This document shows positions 40,641 to 51,181 of a stretch of DNA of 64,000 bases, piece by piece. The notes under the pieces are model-generated. The model ran no database searches. It saw only the letters and a program-made list of their open reading frames with translations, and was not told where the DNA came from. Position 1 is the stretch's first letter. Each line of letters begins with the position of its first letter. The position numbers and the translations under genes were made by a program. This stretch comes from Prevotella sp. (GTDB lineage: Bacteria > Bacteroidota > Bacteroidia > Bacteroidales > Bacteroidaceae), in contig JALCDQ010000004.1 in the NCBI GenBank assembly GCA_022641735.1, positions 120,192-184,191 of the forward strand, in the 5' to 3' direction.

Positions 40641-43466
40641 TTAAAAGTTTACGTATACACCAACATTGTAAGTGCGGTATTGAGGAGCATAGCCTACGTT
40701 CATTTCCAAAGTTTTTCGCTCGCCTGAGAGTGTGAGTAAGTCGCAGCCATTTGCATAGACTTGGAGACCACGTACAAACGAATCGCGGAATATCGACTTA
40801 GGAAAATCGTAAGTGAGTTGGACTTTTGATAAATCAAAACGATTTGTGCTGTAAAGCCAGAAGTCAGATGAACGGAAGTTATTGTCACTTGTTTGAGTAG
40901 TTAATCTTGGATAGATGGCTGTTTCTGCTGTAGCCGGTGTCCAACGATCACGCACGATTTCAGAATATTTGCGATCACCATAGACCCAATAGTAAGAACT
41001 GCTCTTCAGTGACTTTGCGCCATAACCGCCCGTGCCAAGTGCGAAGAAAGTGAATCCTCTCCATTTGGCGGTAAAGTTGATACCCAATGTAAATGGACTA
41101 CCATACCATCCGCCCTTGCCGAGATATACTTCGTCATTAGCATCTATCTTGTTGTCGCCGTTCTGATCTACATATTTAATATCACCAGGTTTCACATCAC
41201 CAAACTGTGATTTAGGAGAACTGGCAATGTCAGCCTCATCTTTATAAAACCCAGCGCTTTTTAGCCCAAAAATCGCATCGAGTGGTCTGCCCTGACGATT
41301 CAGATAAGAATATTCATAATTTTCATCACGCTTGGTAGCACGTGTCGTGTAGTATGTTCCATTCACGCCAAGTGACAGTTCAACATCTCCGAAGCTTTTA
41401 TTGGCTTTCATGCCGAAGTCGAAGCCTTTACGTAAGTCTTTATTATAGTTCACATAAGGAACAAATGAAGATGAAGGCCAACCCAATGAGAAATAGTCAG
41501 GATACAGTGTACTTGCATTGATAAGTCCACCGTCCATCACATTGATGAAGAACGAGCCGTTCAGTTCCAATAAATGATGCAATAGGGATGTTTGTAATGT
41601 AGCAGAGAACTCCTTGCGTTTTATGAAAGTCAAATCTTCATTGACGCCCCTTTTAGATTGAGTGGAATGTGCTGCCACTCCATCTTTCCATCCCCACCAA
41701 GCACCATCGCTCTGATTGTAATTGGCTTCGTAAAGATAATAGCTAGAAATGTCTAGGTCGGTGTTCAGCTCGCTGAGTGAAGCACTGAGCGTGAGGTCAT
41801 CGACAATGTCAGAGTTCTTGAGCCATGACTCGTTTTTCATCTTCCATCCTAAAGTTAGAGAAGGAGAGAATGCGTTGCGGTGGCCAGGAGCGAGCTTGGC
41901 TGAATGTACCTCTGCAGCATCAAACTGCAAATAATATCTGTTGGCGTAGTTATAAGCTGCCTCAAAGCCCAAGTTTACGTTGCTGATGCGGTGATATTCA
42001 CCTGCGTAAGTCTGCTGATAACCATTACCAATAATCATGGCACTGACGTTGTGCAGGTCAGCGATGGTAGTGTGGTAGTTGAATTGGGCAGAATAAAGGA
42101 TGGTCTGCTTATTATAGCTGCCACCGATATTTTGTATACCAGACTTTTTGTCAACATTATATTTTGTTAGACTTGCAATCACATCTTGTCCATTATAATT
42201 AGCCCATGTCGGTGCAAATACAGCGTAAGAGTTATTATACGACGTGTTATAAGAAGTATTGTAATCCACAGCAAACTGTGTCTGGAAAGATAGCCCTTTG
42301 ACAAACCTGTCCATATCCATATTGAATCCCGTGTCAAATTGGAACTGACGACTAGTATATTTGTTCTTGCCTGCAGCATAATAGTCAGCGAAAATATTAC
42401 CTTGGTCTATCTGTGTGCCACCGAGGAAATACTTGCCGTCAATGATGTTTTGACTATTATTGATTAGTGTCAGCGAGGTCGGATCGTTTTGTTCTATGTA
42501 ACTGATTGGTATCAATGGAGATACACGATTGGGACGCATCGTAGATGCTGCATTCCAATAAGTGCCATAAGATGAATTGGCATTGTGGCTGGTATAGAAA
42601 CTAACATTTGTGTGTACAAATGCTGAAATCCAGTCATTTACCTGAAGGTTGATGTTGCCACGGAAAGCTAAACGATCATTATAATTATGTTTCGCCTCAC
42701 CAAATTTGAATACGTCGCCTGTACGTGAGTAATTGATATTAGCATAAAAACGGGCCAAGCGTCCACCACCTGTAATATCGATGTTTCCATTTCCACCCAT
42801 ATAATATTTGCGGATATAGTCGCTTGAATAAAAGTCGACATTCGGATAACGGTAAGGGTTGGAGCCTGTACTATAATTATAAATTTCATCATCAGAATAT
42901 AATTGTGATAATCCGTCGTTGGCACGTGCCTCATTGTAAAGAGTCATATATTCTGCTGAACCCAAATATTTGGGATAACTTTTTGCTACACCAATGCCAT
43001 AGTTTCCACGAGCATTGATGCGCAATTCTCCTTCCTGCCCAGTCTTGGTGGTGATGAGAATCACACCCTTTGCAGCACGGCTGCCATAGAGGGCAACTGA
43101 TGCGGCAGAATTCAAGAATGTAATTTTATCTATTTCTGTAGGCAATACTGTGTCAGCATTACGTGGCACACCGTCTACCAATACTAAACAGTCGCCGCTT
43201 GCCCATGGCGAGTTGCCGTTGTAACCGCTTACATATCCTTGCATGTTGTCCAAGCTGTAAGTGTTGTAATTCTTTTCGGTCAGGTTCTTGTAATCAAGCA
43301 CCTGCACACCACTGAGGATATCGCTCTTGGCAATCTCTTTGAAAGCCACGGGGATCTTGTCCGTTTTCAGTGTATCCTTTTCAATAGTGGCTGAGACAGC
43401 GGCCAGCGGCAAGCAGACCATTGCGGCTCCAATGAATATTTTTATATGTTGTTTCATTACTATCAA
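40641..43466 (-). CDS. susC: SusC/RagA TonB-dependent transporter, short form lacking N-terminal extension
   Basis: LVLVDGVPR, ALYGSRAAKGVILITTK, KPGDIKYVDQNGDNKIDAND and terminal YVNF. Confidence 0.92.
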   Translation of the reverse strand: MIVMKQHIKIFIGAAMVCLPLAAVSATIEKDTLKTDKIPVAFKEIAKSDILSGVQVLDYKNLTEKNYNTYSLDNMQGYVSGYNGNSPWASGDCLVLVDGVPRNADTVLPTEIDKITFLNSAASVALYGSRAAKGVILITTKTGQEGELRINARGNYGIGVAKSYPKYLGSAEYMTLYNEARANDGLSQLYSDDEIYNYSTGSNPYRYPNVDFYSSDYIRKYYMGGNGNIDITGGGRLARFYANINYSRTGDVFKFGEAKHNYNDRLAFRGNINLQVNDWISAFVHTNVSFYTSHNANSSYGTYWNAASTMRPNRVSPLIPISYIEQNDPTSLTLINNSQNIIDGKYFLGGTQIDQGNIFADYYAAGKNKYTSRQFQFDTGFNMDMDRFVKGLSFQTQFAVDYNTSYNTSYNNSYAVFAPTWANYNGQDVIASLTKYNVDKKSGIQNIGGSYNKQTILYSAQFNYHTTIADLHNVSAMIIGNGYQQTYAGEYHRISNVNLGFEAAYNYANRYYLQFDAAEVHSAKLAPGHRNAFSPSLTLGWKMKNESWLKNSDIVDDLTLSASLSELNTDLDISSYYLYEANYNQSDGAWWGWKDGVAAHSTQSKRGVNEDLTFIKRKEFSATLQTSLLHHLLELNGSFFINVMDGGLINASTLYPDYFSLGWPSSSFVPYVNYNKDLRKGFDFGMKANKSFGDVELSLGVNGTYYTTRATKRDENYEYSYLNRQGRPLDAIFGLKSAGFYKDEADIASSPKSQFGDVKPGDIKYVDQNGDNKIDANDEVYLGKGGWYGSPFTLGINFTAKWRGFTFFALGTGGYGAKSLKSSSYYWVYGDRKYSEIVRDRWTPATAETAIYPRLTTQTSDNNFRSSDFWLYSTNRFDLSKVQLTYDFPKSIFRDSFVRGLQVYANGCDLLTLSGERKTLEMNVGYAPQYRTYNVGVYVNF

Positions 43467-43490
43467 CTATTATTTTTTACTATTAACTGT

Positions 43491-45428
43491 TTACCACCCA
43501 GGATTTTGGTCGAAACCTTCATAAAGTGAAACATCTTTCTTGAAGAAAGGCAACCAGTAGTTTCTTGTAGAGAAATGACGTGTGACAATTGTTTTTTCAC
43601 TCCATCCTTTAACTTCAGCATCAGCCGGATCATTATTGGTATTCTGAAAATAAGAGAGCGGTTCCACACGTTGGAATTCCTGAGATGTCTTCACCTCGTA
43701 TTTAGCGTTTGTAAGCAGAAGCCAACGTTGTAAGTCGCAGAAACGGAAACCTTCGAATGCAAGTTCAGCAGCACGTTCGCGACGAACTTCATCCATAAAT
43801 TTCAGTTTGTCTGCCACATATTTTGAGCCTACATGACCTTCGCCAACCCTGTCACGCAGTGTGTTAATGGCTTGCTCAGCTGTCTTAGAGAAAGTATTGC
43901 TTTTAGCAGAAGCTCCGCCAAATGCAGCACAAGCCTCAGCGTACATCAGATAAATGTCAGCAAGACGCATATAAGGAAGGCTACATGTTGTAGCACCTGC
44001 CCATTCCAGTCCACCGTCCCACTTATTGCAGTTATGCGGAGCCAATTTCTGATATAGGTAACCCGTGCGTGTACCCTTGGTATCACTGCGGTAAATAGAA
44101 TCCGTAGACATATTACAATAGCGGTAGCGCTCAAATGAAGTTGTCAGTGTACCTTTAATATATTTGCATCCATCATAGACGATGTCATGATAGAAACGTG
44201 GGTCTCGGTTTTTAAAGGGGTGTGTAGGGTCAAATCCAGACTCTGGATCATCTATCGGAAGGCCATTTGCCATGCCATAAGCATAGTTGACATAATTGGC
44301 TGTTGGTTGATGAACAACGCCTCCGTCGGTTAAGTCTATAGGACCGAAAGAGCGGTCAAATCCCCAGTTACTACTATTTACTCCTGCATCTGAGCTGCGC
44401 ATAATAGCTTCGCAAGTTCCCGGTAATTTCCAGTTTTGTCCTTGTGTATAGAAAATATCGCTGAAACAGGTTTTCGCACTGTTGTCACGCAAATGATTGT
44501 AGACATCTGAATATTTAAACTCAGCAAGTGCATATTGTGTCTGTCCACCTTCTACATAATTGAGAAGCTCACCTAGGGCTTCTGCAGCCTTGTGACAATA
44601 GTTTTCGTCATAGTCATAAGTCTTATTGCCAGCATTCATCATCGCACCATCTTTCATCAGTGGACTGCCTGCCCATAAATAGTCTTTTCCTAGATAGCCA
44701 AGAGCCATGATTTTGTTGATGCGTAAATCATTTTTACCCAATGTGTTTTTACCGACAGTTGTATTGTCCCAATTGACAGGAAGCAGATCAGCAGCCTTAC
44801 GGAAGTCGACAGCGGCACTATCAGCACATTGCTGGAAAGTAAGACGTGGCAGTTGAGGGCAATTGGTGCTCGGCAATACTGATGTAATGTAAGGAATACC
44901 ACCTAGATACTGCATCATTTCGAAATGCCACCATGCACGGAAGAAATAGAGCTGACCTAAGATAAGATTTTTCTCCTCCTGTGTACACTCTGTCATCTTG
45001 TTGATGTTGGCGATACCGATATTTGCTTTTCGGATGCAATACCAAGCATGACCGTAGATGGAGTGATCGAAACGTGTCGTAGATGTAGGATCTACTGTGC
45101 CCTGATAGAACCAGTTGCAGCCAGATGTCTGCCAAGCCCAGAAGTTGCCCAGGTCGAACTGCGGACCCAAGAAGCCGTTAGACTGAGTGTCCATCACCTC
45201 GTCATCACCGAGATTGAAAGATACGTTCCAGTTGCAGTTTTCCTTGTCAGGAATGCAATTGTAAATTTCCTCCACAAAGCCTTGATAAGTGGTGAAGTTC
45301 TTATAAGCTTCATCCTCTGAAAGAGTGGAGTCGGCAGATTTGTCCAAATAATCGGTGCAGGAAGTCAAAGCCAATGAAATACCTGCCATCATGCAACCGC
45401 TTAACAATATATTATATATCTTTTTCAT
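43491..45428 (-). CDS. susD: SusD/RagB family lipoprotein
   Basis: Lipobox LTSC, GQLYFFRAW, RDPRFY, MRLADIYLMYAEA, RRERAAELAFEGFRFCDLQRW and QNPGW. Confidence 0.93.
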   Translation of the reverse strand: MKKIYNILLSGCMMAGISLALTSCTDYLDKSADSTLSEDEAYKNFTTYQGFVEEIYNCIPDKENCNWNVSFNLGDDEVMDTQSNGFLGPQFDLGNFWAWQTSGCNWFYQGTVDPTSTTRFDHSIYGHAWYCIRKANIGIANINKMTECTQEEKNLILGQLYFFRAWWHFEMMQYLGGIPYITSVLPSTNCPQLPRLTFQQCADSAAVDFRKAADLLPVNWDNTTVGKNTLGKNDLRINKIMALGYLGKDYLWAGSPLMKDGAMMNAGNKTYDYDENYCHKAAEALGELLNYVEGGQTQYALAEFKYSDVYNHLRDNSAKTCFSDIFYTQGQNWKLPGTCEAIMRSSDAGVNSSNWGFDRSFGPIDLTDGGVVHQPTANYVNYAYGMANGLPIDDPESGFDPTHPFKNRDPRFYHDIVYDGCKYIKGTLTTSFERYRYCNMSTDSIYRSDTKGTRTGYLYQKLAPHNCNKWDGGLEWAGATTCSLPYMRLADIYLMYAEACAAFGGASAKSNTFSKTAEQAINTLRDRVGEGHVGSKYVADKLKFMDEVRRERAAELAFEGFRFCDLQRWLLLTNAKYEVKTSQEFQRVEPLSYFQNTNNDPADAEVKGWSEKTIVTRHFSTRNYWLPFFKKDVSLYEGFDQNPGW

Positions 45429-45440
45429 TTCGATTGTTTA

Positions 45441-48400
45441 TTAAAGAGTGAACTTGATGCCGAAATTGAAACGTTTCATTGTAGGATAGGCACCGATGCT
45501 ACCGTTGCTAGCGAAGTTAGACTCACGATCGTCAGGCATTCTAGACCAAGACCAGATATTATTTCCATTGAGATAAATCTTCAGGTCTTTCACACCGAGG
45601 TTATGTACCCATTCATTATCAATAGTATAGCCAATCTCAGCATTCTTCAGACGAATGTAGCTGCCGTCATAATAATACATAGTGGCGGTGTTGTAAGAAG
45701 GCGTAGAGTCCCAACGTGACGGAGTCACATCTGATGTGGTGTTATTCATACTCCACCAAGTTCCTTTGTTGTAGACAGTATCCAAGTTGCTGCCGAAATC
45801 AGTCAGGGTGACATCACGTGTCACATTGTTTACACCATAGAACTGAACGAAGCAACTGAACCCTTTCCACTCGAAACCTATTGTGGCATTGTATGTATTT
45901 TGTGGAGTGCTTGAATAACCGTAAGGAACTGCATCATCCTTGTCAATGACACCATCACCGTTGTAGTCGACGATATTATAGTCACCAACCAGTTTTTGGT
46001 TATCATTCACGTCATGTTTTGTACTGCCATAAATCTGATCATAAGTATTGATATAACCTTTGTTGATATATGAACGATACTGATTGAGTGCGTAGCCAGC
46101 CTCTTTTTGATAATTAGGATAAAGAGCGGGGTCACCCTTTTTCTTTACCATGTTCACTGCGTGCGTCATGTTAAAATTAGCCCAAACATGCCAGTCTTTT
46201 CCGAATTGTTTGTTAATCCGTAGTTCAAATTCATATCCGTGAGTAGTTACTTCACCGAGATTGGCTGTTGGAGGCGTTGCTCCAAGGTAAGAAGGTACAG
46301 CCTGCGAAGCTCCGTCGAGTAGAATGTCTGTACGTTTATCATGGAAGAAATCGATGCTTCCAGCAAATAATCCTCTAAGGAATGCGTAGTCGATACCAAA
46401 ATTAGTTTTCTTCACAGTTTCCCATTTCACGTCAGAGTTGCCCAAGCTACTCTCACGATACCATGTGTAAGGGCTGCTATTGTGATTCAGGTCCATAGCA
46501 GTGGCACCACCATAAGCCCATTGACTCATATACATCCAACGGGTAGACACATTGTCGTCACCGATTTCACCATAAGAGGCGCGTAATTTCAGCATGTCAA
46601 TCCATTTCAGATTCTGCATGAATTTCTCCTCGGTGACCATCCATCCGATAGCTCCTGAATTGAAGAAAGCGAAACGATTATCTTTTGAGAACTTTTCTGA
46701 TCCGTTGTAAGCTCCATTATACTCAATAAAATAACGGTTTGCAAAATTATAAGTGGTACGGAACACCCAGTCTTCACGATAGTGAGGAACCTCACTACCT
46801 GTTGCATCTTCCTGACGGCTCCACAAGCCCATGGCTGTGATATCGTGTTTGCCGAAGGTGCGCCCCCAATAAAGTTGTACATGATAGTTCAGGTGACGTT
46901 GTGTCTTGCTATTGTCGACCTCACCACTCACTGTATTCCAAAGTACACCTTGCTGATAGTCGAATTTGCTGTCAGCATCATAAGCGGTCTTATAATAAAC
47001 TTCTCCAGTCAATGGATCGATATATTTGTGCTGTGCACTATTGTAAAGGTCGTTGATACCACGGTTATACTCTCTGAAAAGGTTATCCCATGAAATCATT
47101 GCATTTGCCTTCAACCCTTTGGTAATAAAACCTAAATCCTGCTCCAATGTGAAGTCAGTGTTGATTCGGGTAGTAGTGGTCTTCATAACACCTGATAAAG
47201 CAATACTCTCTGCAGAGTTAGTCACGTTTACTGCTTTCGGATAATATCCCCATGTACCATCTGAATAAACAGGCAGGAATACATCCGGAGCAATATTGTA
47301 GACACCTGCCCACTGTTGAGCTACAGCCCATGTGCTGTCATCAGATTGTCCCCACGGAGTCTTGCGGGTGGCAGAAGAACCTGCGATATTCATCTTGAAT
47401 GTAGTGGTCTTGGTCAGTGTAAAGTCAAGGTTGGAACGAACATTGATACGGTTGTAACCATAACCTGCTTTATAACCACGTCCAGTATTCCATGTGCGGA
47501 ATAAATCACCTTCATTTACATAATCAGCGGAAATGAAGTATTTAACGAAATGGGTACCTCCGGAAATGTTCATATTCGCATTATAAGACATGGTGTTATT
47601 TTTATATAACACATCTTGCCAGTCCACATTAGGATAGCGCTCCTGCTGTTCTACAGAAGTCTGGTTGCGGTATTTGCTAATGATATCCATCGGCATGATA
47701 TCGGTCCATGAACCTGAAGAAATGCCCAATTCATGCTCTATAGCCACATTGCGATACATCAGAGCATCATAAGAATCATACTTGTTAGGAAGTTTGGAGG
47801 GCACTTTCATCGTCATATTTACATTCATGTCGATACGTGCTTTGCCTTCTTCTCCTCGTTTGGTAGTAATCAATATGACACCGTTGGCACCTTTCACACC
47901 ATAGACAGCTGTTGCCGATGCATCTTTAAGTACGGAAATGCTCTGTACAGAACTGATGTCCACACTGCTCATCGGGCGCTCAATACCATCAACGAGTACC
48001 AATGGGTCACTGCTGTTCCATGAAGAAGCACTACGGATTACGATTTTAGGCTCTTCCGCTCCAGGCATACCTGAGCTGGCTGTTGTTGTCACACCAGGCA
48101 GATTACCCGTAAGGGCTGACCCTATATCGTTCACTCCACCGGCACGTTTCAACACCTCGCCTGTAGTCTGCGTGATAGCACCCACAACGGATGCCTTTTT
48201 CTGCTGACCGTAACCTACTACGACGACCTCACCCAACAAGGTGTTGTCATCTTCGAGAGTGACTTTGAATGAGCGTTGGGTGCCTACTTTCATCTCATGA
48301 GGCTTCATTCCCAAATAAGTCACCATCAGAATGGAGCTTTCGTTGGGTACCATGAGTTCAAAGTGACCATCCATATCAGTCACTGTGCCAATTTTGTTAT

Positions 48401-48566
48401 TGCCTTTCACAATCACGGAGGCACCTATGATAGATTCGCCCTTCGAGTCCACCACCGCTCCTTTAACCGAGATACCACCCTGTGCATGTATACACAGACT
48501 GAATATCAATAGTAGAATAATCAGCGGGATTTCTTTCTTAAATAAAAAATGTCTCTTTTGTTCCAT
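45441..48566 (-). CDS. susC: SusC/RagA TonB-dependent transporter
   Basis: N-terminal carboxypeptidase-like domain, EVVVVGYG, VLKDASATAVYGVKGANGVILITTKRG, KLRASYG, VKWETV and terminal KFTL. Confidence 0.96.
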   Translation of the reverse strand: MEQKRHFLFKKEIPLIILLLIFSLCIHAQGGISVKGAVVDSKGESIIGASVIVKGNNKIGTVTDMDGHFELMVPNESSILMVTYLGMKPHEMKVGTQRSFKVTLEDDNTLLGEVVVVGYGQQKKASVVGAITQTTGEVLKRAGGVNDIGSALTGNLPGVTTTASSGMPGAEEPKIVIRSASSWNSSDPLVLVDGIERPMSSVDISSVQSISVLKDASATAVYGVKGANGVILITTKRGEEGKARIDMNVNMTMKVPSKLPNKYDSYDALMYRNVAIEHELGISSGSWTDIMPMDIISKYRNQTSVEQQERYPNVDWQDVLYKNNTMSYNANMNISGGTHFVKYFISADYVNEGDLFRTWNTGRGYKAGYGYNRINVRSNLDFTLTKTTTFKMNIAGSSATRKTPWGQSDDSTWAVAQQWAGVYNIAPDVFLPVYSDGTWGYYPKAVNVTNSAESIALSGVMKTTTTRINTDFTLEQDLGFITKGLKANAMISWDNLFREYNRGINDLYNSAQHKYIDPLTGEVYYKTAYDADSKFDYQQGVLWNTVSGEVDNSKTQRHLNYHVQLYWGRTFGKHDITAMGLWSRQEDATGSEVPHYREDWVFRTTYNFANRYFIEYNGAYNGSEKFSKDNRFAFFNSGAIGWMVTEEKFMQNLKWIDMLKLRASYGEIGDDNVSTRWMYMSQWAYGGATAMDLNHNSSPYTWYRESSLGNSDVKWETVKKTNFGIDYAFLRGLFAGSIDFFHDKRTDILLDGASQAVPSYLGATPPTANLGEVTTHGYEFELRINKQFGKDWHVWANFNMTHAVNMVKKKGDPALYPNYQKEAGYALNQYRSYINKGYINTYDQIYGSTKHDVNDNQKLVGDYNIVDYNGDGVIDKDDAVPYGYSSTPQNTYNATIGFEWKGFSCFVQFYGVNNVTRDVTLTDFGSNLDTVYNKGTWWSMNNTTSDVTPSRWDSTPSYNTATMYYYDGSYIRLKNAEIGYTIDNEWVHNLGVKDLKIYLNGNNIWSWSRMPDDRESNFASNGSIGAYPTMKRFNFGIKFTL

Positions 48567-48646
48567 TGTTAATAATTTAAGTCATAGTTATTTTTGGCTT
48601 TTATTCCTTTATATGATAAGATTTGTCAATTTGATATTTAAACTTC

Positions 48647-48716
48647 TGCAAAATTATTATTAATTTTATTATAGTCCTTTCCTTGAAGTAACACAGACTT
48701 TGTTACATGTTACAAA
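48647..48716 (-). promoter_or_regulatory. susC promoter -7 box plus putative HTCS binding site
   Basis: TAATTTTGCA on the minus strand at 48647-48656 and the motif at 48688-48716. Confidence 0.7.
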
Positions 48717-48789
48717 TAAATGATATGGTATAAATAAATACAAATGTGAACATAATCAAAAAATGTTTTATATCTGCCAATCCCTCCAT

Positions 48790-49120
48790 CTCCTAAGTCT
48801 AGAACCCCTATTTTTAAAAGGATACATGCCCTATTTTAACAATCAACCGTTTATAAATCTAAAAACAGAGGGGTTGTATTTTAAAATGGCAACAATATTA
48901 AGCGATTTCTTTTTAGTAACCTTTTGGGCTGTTAACAGATACTTATTACGCTCCTTTTAGATGCTTTTTAGCAGCTAAAAGGTTATTGTTTAGAATACTA
49001 AGTTGATTGTGGCTTTTTAAGTTCTATATCCAATCCCCTTATCTAATCTATGCAATAGCTTTCAACGAAAAACATATTTAATGGTAACATGATGGTTTTC
49101 AGGGATGTGAATTAAATATT
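48790..49120. repeat. Non-coding element D, second diverged instance
   Basis: Similar phased tracts and an identical 14-mer with the 32-kb element. Boundaries approximate. Confidence 0.4.
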
Positions 49121-49125
49121 CTAAC

Positions 49126-49155
49126 AAAAACCGCCTGCATTCACATGTAGGCGGT
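49126..49155 (-). terminator. Intrinsic terminator after GH51
   Basis: ACCGCCTGCAT-tcac-ATGTAGGCGGT with a U5 tail on the minus strand. Confidence 0.8.
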
Positions 49156-49210
49156 CAATCTATCAAGTCTATCATTTGAATATGACAATCTCATATTCAT
49201 ATATCATTTG

Positions 49211-51181
49211 TTACATTTCCAAAATAGTTATGGAATGAGGTGCAAGAGTGATATTAAAGTCATTTTTCACCTTGAAGGCCGATTTTACAGGTGTGATTTG
49301 GCGCGGATTATCAATAGTGTTAGTTGCTGCAGAATCATCGGATTTAAGTTCAATACGTTGAGCCTTTCCGTCGATTTTGCTGGCACCACGCAATGCGATT
49401 TCCACGTTATTGGCATTTGCCGTTACGTTGACTATCTTCAGATACAAGTGACCAGACTTGCTGTCTTTCGTCGCTGAATAATAAATCTGCTGTGCAGTGT
49501 CTCCCTGTTTATCAGTGAGCTGGAATGTCGGAATGTTACTGCTCTCCACGGGAACTATTTTGTCGCCCAAGTATTTAGAGAACATTACCTGCGCATAGTA
49601 AGAAGGTGATCCATAAGCTGTATGTGCGTCATATCCGATGAGGTCGCTTTCCCATTGCATTGCGCCCTTGCTGACATTTACGAAGAGCGGAGCATAGCAG
49701 GAAGCGATGACGAGGTCGGAATTACGCTCCAAGCATGTCATCCATGCGGCATCACCAAGAGCAGCGTTCATATTAGTGGTCGGCTTGCCTTCGCGCGTTG
49801 CCCATTCTCCACAAAATATTTTCGGACCTTTGCGATCGTATTTATCGTACTGGTAAGCCTGACGGTACATCTCGTTGGCATCACGATAATAATGTTCGTC
49901 AACGATGTCAAGACGAATCTTGTCGGGATTGACGGCATTGGTACGCAAAGCGTATCCGTCGATGGTGGAGATGAGCTGAAGCTGAGGATATCTTGCTTTG
50001 ATAGCATCATAAAACCGCTGATAACGCTCGGAATAACTGCCACTTACATCGAAGAAGTCTTCATTACCTATTTCTATATAGTGCAAAGGGAATGGCTCGG
50101 GATGGCCATCTTTGATGCGTTGGGCGCCCCACTTGGTTGTGGCATCACCAATAACATATTCTATCTCATCGAGCGCATCTTTGATATAAGGTTCAAGCGC
50201 ATCACCTACTATATAGTCACCATCGAGGGTGTAACCTGCAAAGACAGCAAGTAAAGGTTCAGCACCCACGTCTTCAGCCCATTGCATAAACTCAAGTAGT
50301 CCCATTCCATCGGTAGACCAATAGCCCCATGGACTGAAATGTCCAGGACGTGCGTCAGGATCACCAATTGTTTTTTTCCAATCGAAATGCTCAGAGAATT
50401 TGTTTCCCTCTAAATAGTTGCCACCAGGAAAACGCAGGAACTTGGGATTCATAGCCCGCATCATCGTCATCAGGTCGGGACGCAAACCATTTTGTCTGTT
50501 GTTAAAAGTGGGCGGGAACAGTTTGACATTTGCCAAACTGTAATCGCCCGCCTCATTAAATGTGATCCTGAAGCAGACATCTTTTGTAGATGCGACCTTT
50601 TTACCTATAATAAATGAAAAATGAACTTTATTCCAATCTGCAGAAACTTGCTCTAAAAGGGTCTTCGCATAAACCGTCTTGCCGTCTGTTGACTCAAGTG
50701 ATAAAGTGAGCGGAGAGTTCCCTTTTACATAGAGAGAACCGTTGAAAACGGCATTTGGGTTAACTCCAATTCCCCAAAAGCCACGGTTAATGACGCTTAC
50801 ATTAGGCACTTTGGTCGTCACCCTGAGCGTATTTGTATATCCTTTATCTACACCTTTATTATAAGTCAGATTAATAGGAACATTATAAACAATACTCATG
50901 GACGCATTTACCGTGTCTGACATTTCCCAATATTTTGGTTGTGTTGGTATGGGATGGAATGCCTGCTTTGGCAAAGTAGTTTCTTTAAATGATGGATTAC
51001 GCAATAGCTGCGCATAAAGTCCTCCCTCATAAGAGTAGTTGATTTCCTCCGTCATAAGCCCATAAAGAGTGGGGCTAACTGTCTTTGAGGCTTCATTTAC
51101 ATTCAATGTCAATTTAGTTTGTGCTGACATCGATATAGCCAATACAGACATAAATGCTGATAATAACATTTTATTCATCAT
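49211..51181 (-). CDS. GH51 alpha-L-arabinofuranosidase
   Basis: YGLMTEEINYSYEGG, FLRFPGGNYLEG, IEIGNED, DEHYY, FCGEWA and CYAPLF. Start overlaps the GH3 stop. Confidence 0.93.
   Translation of the reverse strand: MMNKMLLSAFMSVLAISMSAQTKLTLNVNEASKTVSPTLYGLMTEEINYSYEGGLYAQLLRNPSFKETTLPKQAFHPIPTQPKYWEMSDTVNASMSIVYNVPINLTYNKGVDKGYTNTLRVTTKVPNVSVINRGFWGIGVNPNAVFNGSLYVKGNSPLTLSLESTDGKTVYAKTLLEQVSADWNKVHFSFIIGKKVASTKDVCFRITFNEAGDYSLANVKLFPPTFNNRQNGLRPDLMTMMRAMNPKFLRFPGGNYLEGNKFSEHFDWKKTIGDPDARPGHFSPWGYWSTDGMGLLEFMQWAEDVGAEPLLAVFAGYTLDGDYIVGDALEPYIKDALDEIEYVIGDATTKWGAQRIKDGHPEPFPLHYIEIGNEDFFDVSGSYSERYQRFYDAIKARYPQLQLISTIDGYALRTNAVNPDKIRLDIVDEHYYRDANEMYRQAYQYDKYDRKGPKIFCGEWATREGKPTTNMNAALGDAAWMTCLERNSDLVIASCYAPLFVNVSKGAMQWESDLIGYDAHTAYGSPSYYAQVMFSKYLGDKIVPVESSNIPTFQLTDKQGDTAQQIYYSATKDSKSGHLYLKIVNVTANANNVEIALRGASKIDGKAQRIELKSDDSAATNTIDNPRQITPVKSAFKVKNDFNITLAPHSITILEM

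Noticed and set aside
40641-48566. Tandem susCD pairs and short second SusC as a novelty
   Set aside because: This is the known architecture of the conserved Prevotella/Bacteroides xylan core.
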